NCBI GenBank assembly: GCA_038740145.1
Contig: JAVYMB010000001.1
Coordinates: forward strand, 1 to 29,680
DNA: 29,680 nucleotides
From: Candidatus Norongarragalinales archaeon
Lineage (GTDB): Archaea; Micrarchaeota; Micrarchaeia; Norongarragalinales; Norongarragalinaceae
Direction of reading: 5' to 3'
This document shows, piece after piece, positions 1-9,714 of this stretch (the first letter of the stretch is position 1; the number at the start of each line of letters is the position of its first letter). The position numbers and the translations under genes were made by a program. The notes under the pieces were generated by a model. The model was given only the letters and a program-made list of their open reading frames with translations, ran no database searches and had not been told where the DNA came from.

Positions 1-58
1 GTTGCAGGAGTGGAAACAAAAAAGCCAAAATTATCAAAAAACTTATTACGCCGCGCAT
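1..58 (-). CDS. 5' end of a probable secreted/membrane protein running off the window edge (partial)
   Basis: Minus strand ATG at 58 reads MRGVISFLIILAFLFPLLQ to the edge, a typical signal-peptide pattern (basic residue then hydrophobic run). Divergent from the ORF at 163. Too short for the ORF track. Confidence 0.55.
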   Translation of the reverse strand, partial: MRGVISFLIILAFLFPLLQ

Positions 59-122
59 TCCGCACGCCCGCGCTTCAGCTTTGCAGCGTAGTCCGCTTTG
101 CTGAATTACTTTTACCGCGCGG

Positions 123-130
123 TTTATTAA
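123..130 (+). promoter_or_regulatory. Putative TATA box for the ORF at 163
   Basis: TTTATTAA about 33 nt upstream of ATG 163, within a short divergent intergenic region. Confidence 0.4.
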
Positions 131-162
131 AACGAAACTCGTAACCGCAAACGGCGTCCTTT

Positions 163-936
163 ATGACTTCGCCGAAAACACCTTCGGTCAGCGTGTCTCG
201 CTCTTTCGCTTTGTTTTTCGCAGCATTCGCGTTGCTCGCTTTACTCGCGCCAAGCGCTTGCCGTGCTTACACTGACTATTCTTTCGTAGTCACTGCAAGA
301 ATAGACGAGAATGGAAATGCGCACGTTATCGAGAAAAGCGTTTTTAATTTGGATACGGCGGCTGAGCGAGAAGAGTTCGACAATTACCAAGGGCTCGGAA
401 AGACGACTATCGCGGATTGGCGTAAGTTTAGTAAAAACATCCGCTACCACTTTACTGGTTCAGTAACGAATCCGCGAATCATCGCAGCGCGCGAATTCGA
501 GATAAGCGCTTCCGCCGCCTCTGTTTCGGTCGAGTATGACGTAGTCGGTGTTTTCACAACTGAAAAAAGCGGCGGCAGAATTACAAGGTACTTTCTAAAC
601 ACGGAAAAATTAGCTTTCGGCGGTGCTGGAAGCAAAGGCGAAATCAGCCTCGGCAACAACGCGAAATTCGTTTTAGAGCTTCCGCTGGACGCGCTTGAGA
701 TAGAAACGATTCCAAGCCCCGGTGTTGCGCGCCCTCGGCGGAATGCGCTTGAGTGGCGTGGACCGATTGTCGGTAGGTGGGACGTGCGCTTCAAGCGAGA
801 AAAACCGCTTACGAGCGAGGTAAGCGAGTTTTTCGTTGAGCTTTACGAACAACTATCCTCTTGGTGGACCTTGCTGATTCTTGCCGCGGTTTTTTTCGCA
901 CTTCTCGCCTTCAAACTAGTCAAAGGAAGAAAGTAG
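163..936 (+). CDS. Hypothetical secreted, C-terminally membrane-anchored protein
   Basis: N-terminal signal peptide (FALFFAAFALLALLAPSACRA), beta-rich body starting ARIDENGNAHVIEK, C-terminal TM helix with basic tail (WWTLLILAAVFFALLAFKLVKGRK). Overlaps the convergent rfcL end by 21 nt. Confidence 0.8.
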   Translation: MTSPKTPSVSVSRSFALFFAAFALLALLAPSACRAYTDYSFVVTARIDENGNAHVIEKSVFNLDTAAEREEFDNYQGLGKTTIADWRKFSKNIRYHFTGSVTNPRIIAAREFEISASAASVSVEYDVVGVFTTEKSGGRITRYFLNTEKLAFGGAGSKGEISLGNNAKFVLELPLDALEIETIPSPGVARPRRNALEWRGPIVGRWDVRFKREKPLTSEVSEFFVELYEQLSSWWTLLILAAVFFALLAFKLVKGRK

Positions 937-2160
937 TTCTACTTCTTCGCTCGATAATTCGAAGAACGACGCGAAGCCAGGCGCGCGCCTTAAGAAAACC
1001 ACTGTTTCAAGCGCTTGTTTGCGAGAGCAGTGGAGCGACGCCATTATTTTCGCGAGAATACCCGCAAGAAGAGCCCGGTTTTTCTTCGACTCGCCGAGCG
1101 CCTTCAACACAGTCGGGAAAGAATACTGGATAAAGTGCGGCTTTCCGCCGCCGCGAGCTGACGCCGTGGCAATGCCTCCGCAAGCTAGTGCACGCGCGTA
1201 CTTGAGCAACGTCCAGTTTTGCGAACGTCGAATGCGCGCTTCGAAAACGCTTGCTTTCGACAAAGCGTCGAACGCATTTGCTCGCTCCCGCGCGCCGCCG
1301 TCTTCTTTTTCTGCAAACTCGCGAGGAATGTTTTCTTCGAGCCACCGAAGCAACAAGTCCAAATCCGCTTCACTCGCTTCGCTCGCGCGCACAGCGTCGT
1401 CGAACGAACGCGCATGAAAAATCGCTCGCAGAGTTTCGAAAACTCGTTCTTGCCTGTCGCGGTTACCGAAGGCTGCGTCCGCTTCAACTTCTCCGATTGC
1501 GCAAGCCACCTGCAAGTCGTTGATCGCAGCGCGCAAGTCGCCGCCAGCGCGTTGAGCGAGAGCTTCAAACTCTTCTTGCTTGAAATTCTTGAATCCTTCG
1601 TCGAAAGCGATTTTCGCGAGCGTCGCAGCTATCGCCCTCCAATTCACGCGCTTGAATTCAATCAACAAACAGTATTGACGCAATGGCGCCAGCCGTGGTT
1701 CCCACGCGTTTTCGGCAGCGAGAATAATTGGGAACGCTCGTTTTTCGAGTACTGGCGCTAGCGCCGCCGCGATAGTTTTTCCTCCCTCGCTTCGCGCCGC
1801 CCTGTCGAAAACTGCGTCAACTTCGTCTACAAACAACAAGCGCCGCATTCCATACAAATCGCAAGCGCTTTCAGCGCAGGGCAAAACCCGCTTCACGAAG
1901 TCACCAGTGCCGCGGTCACTGCTTGCGTTAGACTCGCTTAACGCCCAATTCATTTCAAGCGCGAGCGCCCGCACAAGCGCGGTCTTTCCGCTTCCCGTAG
2001 GCCCCCAAATCAACAAGGGTTTTCCTCGCTTGCCTCGCCGCCAGTCTAACGCCCACTTTTTGATTGTTTCTCGCGCTTCCTCGTTTCCAGCGACTTCACC
2101 AATGCTGCACGGCGCGTGCTTTACAATCCATAACTCGCTGGTTTTTGCCGAACTAGGCAT
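916..2160 (-). CDS. rfcL: Replication factor C large subunit
   Basis: N-terminal WIVKHAP (W.EKY.P-like), Walker A GPTGSGKT, Walker B FVDEVD, GGDLRAAINDLQ, WLEENIP motif of archaeal RFC-L. Confidence 0.92.
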   Translation of the reverse strand: MPSSAKTSELWIVKHAPCSIGEVAGNEEARETIKKWALDWRRGKRGKPLLIWGPTGSGKTALVRALALEMNWALSESNASSDRGTGDFVKRVLPCAESACDLYGMRRLLFVDEVDAVFDRAARSEGGKTIAAALAPVLEKRAFPIILAAENAWEPRLAPLRQYCLLIEFKRVNWRAIAATLAKIAFDEGFKNFKQEEFEALAQRAGGDLRAAINDLQVACAIGEVEADAAFGNRDRQERVFETLRAIFHARSFDDAVRASEASEADLDLLLRWLEENIPREFAEKEDGGARERANAFDALSKASVFEARIRRSQNWTLLKYARALACGGIATASARGGGKPHFIQYSFPTVLKALGESKKNRALLAGILAKIMASLHCSRKQALETVVFLRRAPGFASFFELSSEEVELLSSFD

Positions 2161-2196
2161 AAATTTAATTTAACCGCCGCGCTGTAAATAAACTTT

Positions 2197-3387
2197 GTGT
2201 TAATCGGAATCGTCGGCAAGCCGTCGACGGGAAAATCGTCGTTGTTCAACGCGCTCACTCACGGGCACGCGGCAGTCGCGAACTATCCGTTTACCACGAT
2301 TGATCCGAACAAAGGCGTCGCCTTCGTGCGCGTGAAGTGCGCTTGCACGGAACTAGGCGTGAAGTGCAAGCCTCGCTTCGGTTCTTGCGCGAACGGTGTG
2401 CGCTTAGTCCCAGTCAACGTCGTCGACGTCGCAGGGCTCGTCGAGGGTGCGCACGAGGGACGCGGTAAAGGAAACCAATTCCTGAACGATTTAAACGCAG
2501 CGGACGCCCTGGTCTGCGTCGCCGACGCCGCTGGCGCGACTGACGACGGCGGAAACGCTTGCGCGCCTGGCACGCATGATGCTGCGCGGGACGTGCGAAT
2601 GGTTGAAAGCGAAATCGATTACTGGATTCTCGGAATCCTGAAGCGAAACCTAGCGAAAGCGAAAGGCAAACGTTTCGATGATTTCGCAGCGCTGCTCAGC
2701 GGAATTCGAGTCAACCGCGATTTGCTTAAACACTGTGTTGACGCGTTAGGACTCAGCGAAAATACTGCTGAGTGGAAAAACGAGGCGCAACTGCTTGAAC
2801 TTGCGCGTGCGCTTCGCAAGCGAACGAAGCCTCTGGTAATCGCAGCGAACAAGATCGACTTGTCGCCAGCGGCCGCCGGCGTCGAAAAATTGAAGAAAGA
2901 ATTTAGCGATTACACCGTCGTGCCAATTGCTGCCGACGCTGAACTAGCGCTTCAACGCGCTCGCGAAAAAAACTGGATTGAATACGACTCAGCTGCGGAG
3001 CGCCCTGAAATCAAGATTGTTGCGCGAGAGCAAGAACTCGACGAGCGCATCGAGACGGCGTTGCGCTCGATTGAGGAGCATGTTTTGCGCAAGTGGGGCT
3101 CGACTGGAGTGCAGCGACTCTTGGAAGCAGTTGTTTTCAAGACGCTTGGCTTCATAGTCGTATTTCCAGTAGAGGACGAAAAGCATTTCGCCGATCACTT
3201 CGGAAACGCGCTTCCAGACGCGATTCTGCTTCCAAAAGGCTCGACGCCGCTTGCACTCGCGGAAGCAATTCACTCGGACTTGGCTAAGCATATGCTTTAC
3301 GCCGTCAACGCCCGCAACAAGATGCGGCTAGCTCACGATTACGCCTTGCAAAACGGCGACGTGATTAAAATAGTTTCGGCGAAGTGA
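2197..3387 (+). CDS. ychF: YchF/Obg-family GTPase (archaeal) with C-terminal TGS domain
   Basis: G1 GKPSTGKS, G2 YPFTTIDPN, G3 DVAGL, G4 NKID; TGS-like C-terminus (GSTPLALAEAIHSDL...LQNGDVIKIV). GTG start. Confidence 0.93.
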   Translation: MLIGIVGKPSTGKSSLFNALTHGHAAVANYPFTTIDPNKGVAFVRVKCACTELGVKCKPRFGSCANGVRLVPVNVVDVAGLVEGAHEGRGKGNQFLNDLNAADALVCVADAAGATDDGGNACAPGTHDAARDVRMVESEIDYWILGILKRNLAKAKGKRFDDFAALLSGIRVNRDLLKHCVDALGLSENTAEWKNEAQLLELARALRKRTKPLVIAANKIDLSPAAAGVEKLKKEFSDYTVVPIAADAELALQRAREKNWIEYDSAAERPEIKIVAREQELDERIETALRSIEEHVLRKWGSTGVQRLLEAVVFKTLGFIVVFPVEDEKHFADHFGNALPDAILLPKGSTPLALAEAIHSDLAKHMLYAVNARNKMRLAHDYALQNGDVIKIVSAK

Positions 3388-3388
3388 T

Positions 3389-4246
3389 GTGTCGCGCGTG
3401 TTGTTTTCTACAGCGGGAATTCCTCTTCAGTGCCGCGGCGGAAGCGTGGAAGGAATAGCGTGCGTTCGCAAGCTCGGTTTAGACGCGATGGAGCTTGAAT
3501 ACGTGCGCGGAGTCAAATACAACTCTGCGCTCGCCCAAAAAATCGGTGAAGCCGCTGCTAAACACGAAATTTCTCTATCGTGCCATGCGTCGTATTACTT
3601 GAACCTCCTAAGCGACGACCCGAAGAAAAAAGCGTATTCTAAACACTTAATTCTCGAAAGCGCGAGAATGTTGAGCGGCGCCGTCGCCGCTGGCGCTCCA
3701 CACGGAGAAGGCGGTGGACGCGTGGTTTTCCACGCGGGATATTTCATGAAGAAGGATCCCGCGCAAGCTGCGCGAGAAATGCGTGAGGAATTCAAGTTTT
3801 TGCTAGCGAAAAAACGCGAGGAGCACCTTAAAGTTGTTTTCGCTCCAGAGTTGACAGGGAAACCGAGCGCGTGGGGTTCGCTTGACGAATTATGTGCTTT
3901 GTGCAGCGAGTTTTCGCTCGGCGACTTCAACCCTTGCATCGACTTCGCGCACCACCTTGCGCGAGGAAACTCGCTTAAAACTCAAGATGATTTTGAGGCT
4001 GTGTTGAACAAAATTGCGAAAGCTTTAGGCGCAAACGCGCTTCGTTCTCTTCACTGTCATTTTTCCGGAATCAATTTTTCAGCAAAAGGCGAATCAAATC
4101 ATTTAGCGATTGCCGCGAACTCGCCGCCTTTTACTCTGCTGGCTCGAGCGCTGAAAGCAAAGCATTGTAGTGGCGTGATTGTTTGCGAATCACCCAACAA
4201 CGAGGAAGATGCTTTAGAGATGAAACGTATTTACTTGAAGTCGTAG
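3389..4246 (+). CDS. nfo: Endonuclease IV family AP endonuclease (TIM barrel)
   Basis: Metal-ligand motifs HASYYLNL, VFHAG, PELTGK, CIDFAH, HCHFSG, ICES. One nt after the ychF stop. Confidence 0.9.
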   Translation: MSRVLFSTAGIPLQCRGGSVEGIACVRKLGLDAMELEYVRGVKYNSALAQKIGEAAAKHEISLSCHASYYLNLLSDDPKKKAYSKHLILESARMLSGAVAAGAPHGEGGGRVVFHAGYFMKKDPAQAAREMREEFKFLLAKKREEHLKVVFAPELTGKPSAWGSLDELCALCSEFSLGDFNPCIDFAHHLARGNSLKTQDDFEAVLNKIAKALGANALRSLHCHFSGINFSAKGESNHLAIAANSPPFTLLARALKAKHCSGVIVCESPNNEEDALEMKRIYLKS

Positions 4247-4315
4247 CCTTAAACGCAATCATAATTAAGGCGGTGCGGCAAAACAATTAAAAACAATTTT
4301 AAGTTTCCAGTTTTT

Positions 4316-5152
4316 TTGGCGTCGCGGTGTTTGAACGTGGTTTTCGACATTTCGCAACATCTTTCCGGCTACAAGAAAGAACTTTACGTAGCGAAAAAAC
4401 TCGCTCGCGTAGCCGGCGGAATCGTCCTCGACGAATGGGGACTAGAAAAAATCGGATTGAAGCCCGGCTACAAGGAAAAACACGAGTTCGTTACCAGCGC
4501 GGACTTGCATTCCGAAATGGAATTAATCGAGGGCTTGCACGCCGCGTTTCCCGACCACAGCATTCTCAGTGAAGAAAAAGGCTATTTGCGTAGGGGCAGC
4601 GACTATTTGTGGCTAATTGATCCGCTTGATGGAACGACGAACTATGTTTCGCACAACCCTTACTGGTGCGTGAGTATCGCCCTCGCTCGCAAGGAAAAAC
4701 TCCTCGTAGGCGTTGTTTTCGCGCCTGCGCTCAAGGAAATGTTCGTGGCGATTCGCGGCCGCGGAGCTTTCCTCGAGCGCTCGCGCATTCACGTTGCCCG
4801 CGAGCGAGATTTGGAAGACGCCCTAATTTCGCTTGGCGCGCCCCGCCAATTCATCAATGCGGGACAGCAACGAGTCTTTTCGGCGATTGCGGAGTCTAGC
4901 AAGCACTTGCGTTGGTTTGGAAGTGCTGCGCTAGACCTAGCCTACGTAGCGTGCGGCCGCATTCACGCTTGCGTTCGCGCTTCAATGCCAAAGCCGTGGG
5001 ACCTAGCTGCCGGCGCCTTGCTCGTGAGTGAAGCAGGCGGAGTAGTTACAGATTTCAATGGTAATAAGTGGCGTCCAGAGTTGCGCAACGTCATCGCTGC
5101 AAACCCTCGGTTGCACAAGCACTTGCTTGAACTAGTCGAGAAAGCAAAATAA
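4316..5152 (+). CDS. suhB: Inositol monophosphatase (SuhB/FIG superfamily)
   Basis: VTSAD, SEE, WLIDPLDGTTNY, GSAALDLAYVACG, WDLAAGALLVSEAGG. TTG start; exact start uncertain. Confidence 0.92.
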   Translation: MASRCLNVVFDISQHLSGYKKELYVAKKLARVAGGIVLDEWGLEKIGLKPGYKEKHEFVTSADLHSEMELIEGLHAAFPDHSILSEEKGYLRRGSDYLWLIDPLDGTTNYVSHNPYWCVSIALARKEKLLVGVVFAPALKEMFVAIRGRGAFLERSRIHVARERDLEDALISLGAPRQFINAGQQRVFSAIAESSKHLRWFGSAALDLAYVACGRIHACVRASMPKPWDLAAGALLVSEAGGVVTDFNGNKWRPELRNVIAANPRLHKHLLELVEKAK

Positions 5153-5174
5153 CCCTTCGTTTCGGCGTTTTTTT

Positions 5175-6299
5175 CTATTTTTTCTTTCCGGCGGCTGTAA
5201 CGCGTTCCCGCGCGATGCGACGCGCGATCTCGCGCGGATTTTTTTTCGTACGCAGCGCTTCCTCCATTACGAGGCGAGTGTTGCGAACGATTTTTTCTTC
5301 AACAAGGCGAAACATTTCTTGCTCGCTTTTGCCGACGAACTCGCAGTAAGAACTAATGACTCCCCCTGCGTTTGCGATGACGTCGGGAACGAAAACTATC
5401 CCGCGGCGCCACAATTCTTCTTCGATTTCTTCACCGACTGGAATGTTGGCGGCTTCAACTAGTAGTTTGCACTTTACGGCGTTCTTGTTCGACTCGTTAA
5501 TCGCGTCCGGGCGCGCTCCAGGAATCAAAACAGTTACAGGCAAACCGAAGAGCGCTGTCGCCTCGAGTTTTTTCGCGCTCGCGCTTTCGTAAGCGACAAC
5601 AGTCTTTTTTTCTTGTTTTGTCTGCAGCAAGCGCTCGAAATCAAGCCCTCGCTCGTCGTAAACCGCTCCTTTCGAGTCGCTTACACAAACCACTCGGCAA
5701 CCGGCTTCGGATAGAAATTTCGCAGCGAAAGTGCCGACGTTTCCGAATCCTTCGATTGCGACTGTCGCGTTTTCTGGAGCGATTCGCATTTCTTCTAGAC
5801 ACGACAACGTGCTTTTTGCGACTCCAAATCCAGTGCTGCCGAGTTCGTGAGGCAACCCTCCTTTCGCCTTGCTTTTTCCAGTGCATGCTTTCGGCGTTCC
5901 AACCTCGTCTGCGAACGCGTCCATTTCAACTTCAGTGGTATTCATATCTGGGCCAGCGACGTATTTTTCTGGCACGAGTTGCTTGACGCGGCGCGCGAAC
6001 GCGCGAATGAGGGCGTCTTTGTTTACTTGCGCTGCATCGTGCGGATTGCGGTTTCCAACATCAATTCCGCTTTTCGCGCCACCGAACGGTAGCTCTGCGA
6101 GCGCGTTCTTCCAAGTCATCGCGCGAGCGAGGCGGAACACTTCTTCGCCGCTAACGTTTTGTGCAAGGCGAATCCCACCTTTTCCCGGCCCAAGGTTTGT
6201 ATTGTCGATGCAGAGGAAGGCTAGCAGTCCCGTTTGCGCATCGCTTACTTGCAGAAAGCACTCTGGACCAATTTCGTCCGTCTTTATCATCGCAGGCAT
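5175..6299 (-). CDS. gdhA: Glu/Leu/Phe/Val dehydrogenase (short, glutamate dehydrogenase-like)
   Basis: KGGIR, MTWK, GGAKSG, GPDMNT, Rossmann EGFGNVG, EAAN, PDVIANAGGV. SD-like GGTGA just upstream of ATG. Substrate not certain. Confidence 0.85.
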   Translation of the reverse strand: MPAMIKTDEIGPECFLQVSDAQTGLLAFLCIDNTNLGPGKGGIRLAQNVSGEEVFRLARAMTWKNALAELPFGGAKSGIDVGNRNPHDAAQVNKDALIRAFARRVKQLVPEKYVAGPDMNTTEVEMDAFADEVGTPKACTGKSKAKGGLPHELGSTGFGVAKSTLSCLEEMRIAPENATVAIEGFGNVGTFAAKFLSEAGCRVVCVSDSKGAVYDERGLDFERLLQTKQEKKTVVAYESASAKKLEATALFGLPVTVLIPGARPDAINESNKNAVKCKLLVEAANIPVGEEIEEELWRRGIVFVPDVIANAGGVISSYCEFVGKSEQEMFRLVEEKIVRNTRLVMEEALRTKKNPREIARRIARERVTAAGKKK

Positions 6300-6431
6300 T
6301 CAATCACCGTTGTGGTCAGCTGCCCAGAAAGAATAAAGAAAAAAAGCATGGGGCTTAAAGTAAGCATTAATTTAGGTTGACGCCATTTAAACTTATTGCT
6401 TGCATCGCTTGGTTTTTGCGGCGGGATTTCG

Positions 6432-7685
6432 TTGGTTATTCACTTCGCACACCTTGCAGACGTTCACTTAGGCGCTTTTCGCGACTCTAAATTGCGCGAA
6501 CTCAATCTTGAAGCGTTTAAGCGTTGCCTTACTGAATGCATTGAAGCGCGCAAGCGAGGCGCCCTCGACTTCATTGTCATCGCCGGAGACTTGTTTCACG
6601 TCGCGTTGCCAGAAATGCGCATCGTCGATGAGGCAACGAAAGCCATGAAGGCGGCTAGCGACGCCGGCTTGCGCTTGTATTTAGTATACGGAAGCCACGA
6701 TTATTCGCCGACCGCAGCGAGTATAATCGACGTTCTCGCGAGCGCCGGCGTCCTCCGCAAGATTCACTCAGACGACGCCGCGCATCCTGAAATAGTTGTT
6801 GATGAAGCGACTGGCGCGCTCCTCGCTGGTGCTTGCGCTCGCTCGCTTGGACTCGAGGCTTCGTTTTTTGAGAAAGCAAATTGGAGCGAGTTCGAGAGAG
6901 CGACGCCTCCAAAGATTTTCGTTTTTCACAGTGCGATTGACGAGCATAAACCATCGTTTTTGGCGTGCAGTGAAGGCATTCCGCTCGCGCGATTCCCGAA
7001 GGGTTGCGCTTACTACGCTGGCGGACACGTTCACTCCCGCGCTGAAATCGATGAAACCGCACGCGGCTACGGCAAAATCGTTTTTCCAGGGCCTTTGTTT
7101 GCGGCTGACTATAGAGACCTTGAGCAAGCAAGCCGTGAATCTCCGGGTTATTACGTAGTGGAAATAAGCGGCGGCACGCCGCGCATAGAGTTTAAGCCCG
7201 TGCGCTTGGCTGACGTTGTTTCAATCGAGTTCAACGCCGCAGGCAAAAGCGCTTTCGAGGTTAACCGCGAACTCCTCGAAAAAACATCAGTGATTGACGC
7301 GGCTGGAAAAATTGTTTTGTTGCGCGTTTTCGGCGTGCTCCGCGAAGGAAAGCCAAGCGAAGTGGATTTCGCGTCTGTACGCAAAGCCTTCGTCGAACAA
7401 GGCGTTAAAACTGTTTGCATCAATCACGCGCAACTCGCGGCGCGCGAAGCCGTGGTGCAGCGCGCGCAAGGCGCAAGCAGGAGTGAAATCGAGGAACGCG
7501 TTTTCGCGAGCGCTGCCGCGGCTTTCAAGACGAAGAATGCGTTCTTGAAGGAAAACAGTGTTCAAATCGCGCGCGAGTTGCTGCGCGTCTTAAGTTGCCA
7601 GCGATTCGAGGAAGTGAAGGAAAAAAAGGCAGATTACGAAGCGCGCCTAGTGCGCGAAGCAAGCAAAATCTTGCGGTTGGTTTGA
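6432..7685 (+). CDS. mre11: Mre11 DNA double-strand break repair nuclease
   Basis: Phosphoesterase motifs ADVHLG, AGDLFH, GSHD, FHS, GGHVH; directly upstream of rad50. Start placed at TTG 6432 (LVIHFAHLAD); the track's ORF opens at 6396. Confidence 0.92.
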   Translation: MVIHFAHLADVHLGAFRDSKLRELNLEAFKRCLTECIEARKRGALDFIVIAGDLFHVALPEMRIVDEATKAMKAASDAGLRLYLVYGSHDYSPTAASIIDVLASAGVLRKIHSDDAAHPEIVVDEATGALLAGACARSLGLEASFFEKANWSEFERATPPKIFVFHSAIDEHKPSFLACSEGIPLARFPKGCAYYAGGHVHSRAEIDETARGYGKIVFPGPLFAADYRDLEQASRESPGYYVVEISGGTPRIEFKPVRLADVVSIEFNAAGKSAFEVNRELLEKTSVIDAAGKIVLLRVFGVLREGKPSEVDFASVRKAFVEQGVKTVCINHAQLAAREAVVQRAQGASRSEIEERVFASAAAAFKTKNAFLKENSVQIARELLRVLSCQRFEEVKEKKADYEARLVREASKILRLV

Positions 7686-7686
7686 C

Positions 7687-9705
7687 GTGAAATTGTTGTC
7701 GCTTGAACTAAAAAATATTCGGAGTTACTCAAGCGTGCGCATCGACTTTTCGAGCGGAGTCACTCTTTTCGAGGGAGACATAGGGTGCGGCAAGAGCACG
7801 TTGCTTTACGCGATTGAATTCGCGTTGTTCGGGCTCGGCGACTTGAACGCGGGCTTTCTCCTCAGGCACGGCGCCGCGAATGGTTTCGTCAAGCTTCGAA
7901 TGGAAATTCTTGGTAAGGAATATTATTTCGAGCGCACGCTGGAACGCAAGCGAGGCGGAGTCCAGCAGGGAGTAGCGTCGATTTCAAGCGAAGGAAAGCG
8001 CGTGGAATACGCGCCGCGCGAAATGCGCGCTGCTGTACTCAAGATTCTTGGTTTCAACGAGCCGCCGAATCCGCGGGCGACGAGTTGGATTTATCGGTAC
8101 GCCGTGTTCACGCCGCAGGAAGAAATGAAGTTCGTTCTCGCTCTCGACGATGAAGAGCGGTTGAACACTCTGCGCAAAGCGTTCGGAATCGAGGACTACC
8201 GCACGGCTCGAGAAAACGCGGCTCTAGCCGCACGCGAAATAAAAAGCGTTGAACAAAGACTGGAAGGCGAGCTCGCAGACTTGCCGGCTCTCGAAAAAGA
8301 AAAGACGGAAAAACAGAATAAATTAGGCGAAGCGCGCGCGAAACTCGCTTGCCTGCGAGAAAAGGAATGCGTTGCTGAGCAACAACTCGCCGCGGCAAAA
8401 CAAGTGTTAGTTGAATTGCGCGAGCGTGCTAAAGCAGTGGAAGGCGTGGCCAAGGAAGTTCCGCTCCTTCAAAAAAGGCTTGAAGAAAAACGAGTGGAGC
8501 GAACCCTTACCGAAACTGAGTCCGAAAAACTACGCAAGCAAATCGCAAGCGATGAAATTGAGCTTGCGGAAGCAAAGAAAAAAACGCTTCCTCCATCGAA
8601 AAGCGAAGCTCTACTCAAAGCCGAGTTGGATTCGGTTAGAAAAAAAGCGAGCGCGCTAGCTGTCGAATGCGGCGCGCTCAGCACAAAACTATTGGAAATC
8701 GAGGAGTTGGAAAAGAAAGGCGTTTGCCCTACTTGCGAGCGCCCGATTTGCGGCGCGGATTTCGCAGCAAAGAAAACAACTCTTCGCAGCCAACTAAGCG
8801 AGAAAACTAAGGCGCGCGAGGAAAGCGATGCGCAGCAGCGCTCGCTCGAGGAAGCCCTTGAAGAGTTTCGTGAGGCGGCGCTCGCTGCAGAAAAAGCCGC
8901 GGCGTTGGAGTCGAAACTCAACGATTACCGTGAGCGCGAAAGCGCGGCGCGCGAAAAAGCCGAGGGTTTGGCGAAAGAAATTTCCGCGCTTGAAACGCAA
9001 CTCGCGCAAAAACGCAGTGAACTCGAAAAAAATTTTGGACTGCGTGAAAGCTTGGCGCAAGCGGAACGAGAGCAGAACGCGCTGGAAAACCAAGTGCGCG
9101 CGGCAGCTGCGGCGCGAGGCGCAGCAGAAAGCGAGGTCGCTCTCATCGAAGCACGATGCCGTGAACTCGCCGCGCGCGTAGAAGAAAAACTCTCTAAGCG
9201 CGCTGAGCTCGAAGACACGCGAGAAAAGCGCGTTTGGCTGAGCGAGTGCTTTGTGCCGGCGCTTGAATCAATCGAGCAAAGCGTCCTCGCTTCGATTCAA
9301 GCGGATTTCGACGCGGCGCTTCAACAATTCTTTTCGCTTCTCGTCGAAGAAGAAGGTTTAAGCGTTCGAGCAAGCGAAGCGTTCGCGCCTTTGGTGACGC
9401 AAGACGGGTTTGAGCAAAGCGCGGACGCGCTAAGCGGAGGCGAGAAAAGCGCGCTTGCGCTTGCTTATAGGCTGGCACTCAACAAAGTCGTGCGGTGTGC
9501 GACTCCGTCGTTGAAGGAAAACTTGTTGATTCTCGACGAGCCGACCGACGGGTTCAGTAAGGAACAACTCGAGCGAATGCGCGACGTTCTTGATGCGGTG
9601 GCAGCAGAACAGGTTTTATTGGTTAGTCACGAACGCGAACTCGAGGGAGTTGCTGACCGAGTTTACCGAATAATTAAAGAGGGCGGCGAAAGTAAAATAG
9701 CGTGA
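7687..9705 (+). CDS. rad50: Rad50 ATPase (SMC-like)
   Basis: Walker A GDIGCGKST, Q-loop TPQEE, coiled coils with central zinc hook CPTC, signature LSGGE, Walker B ILDEPT, H-loop VSH. GTG start 1 nt after the mre11 stop. Confidence 0.95.
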   Translation: MKLLSLELKNIRSYSSVRIDFSSGVTLFEGDIGCGKSTLLYAIEFALFGLGDLNAGFLLRHGAANGFVKLRMEILGKEYYFERTLERKRGGVQQGVASISSEGKRVEYAPREMRAAVLKILGFNEPPNPRATSWIYRYAVFTPQEEMKFVLALDDEERLNTLRKAFGIEDYRTARENAALAAREIKSVEQRLEGELADLPALEKEKTEKQNKLGEARAKLACLREKECVAEQQLAAAKQVLVELRERAKAVEGVAKEVPLLQKRLEEKRVERTLTETESEKLRKQIASDEIELAEAKKKTLPPSKSEALLKAELDSVRKKASALAVECGALSTKLLEIEELEKKGVCPTCERPICGADFAAKKTTLRSQLSEKTKAREESDAQQRSLEEALEEFREAALAAEKAAALESKLNDYRERESAAREKAEGLAKEISALETQLAQKRSELEKNFGLRESLAQAEREQNALENQVRAAAAARGAAESEVALIEARCRELAARVEEKLSKRAELEDTREKRVWLSECFVPALESIEQSVLASIQADFDAALQQFFSLLVEEEGLSVRASEAFAPLVTQDGFEQSADALSGGEKSALALAYRLALNKVVRCATPSLKENLLILDEPTDGFSKEQLERMRDVLDAVAAEQVLLVSHERELEGVADRVYRIIKEGGESKIA

Positions 9706-9714
9706 TTCGATTCC

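Noticed and set aside
6730-6760. Mre11 possibly inactive because of GSHD instead of GNHD (motif at about 6690-6701)
   Set aside because: All other metal ligands are intact, and GSHD is a variant I recall from other archaeal Mre11 proteins; not evidence of inactivation.
6432-9705. Missing herA-nurA next to mre11-rad50 as a special finding
   Set aside because: They may lie elsewhere in the genome; cannot be judged from one window.
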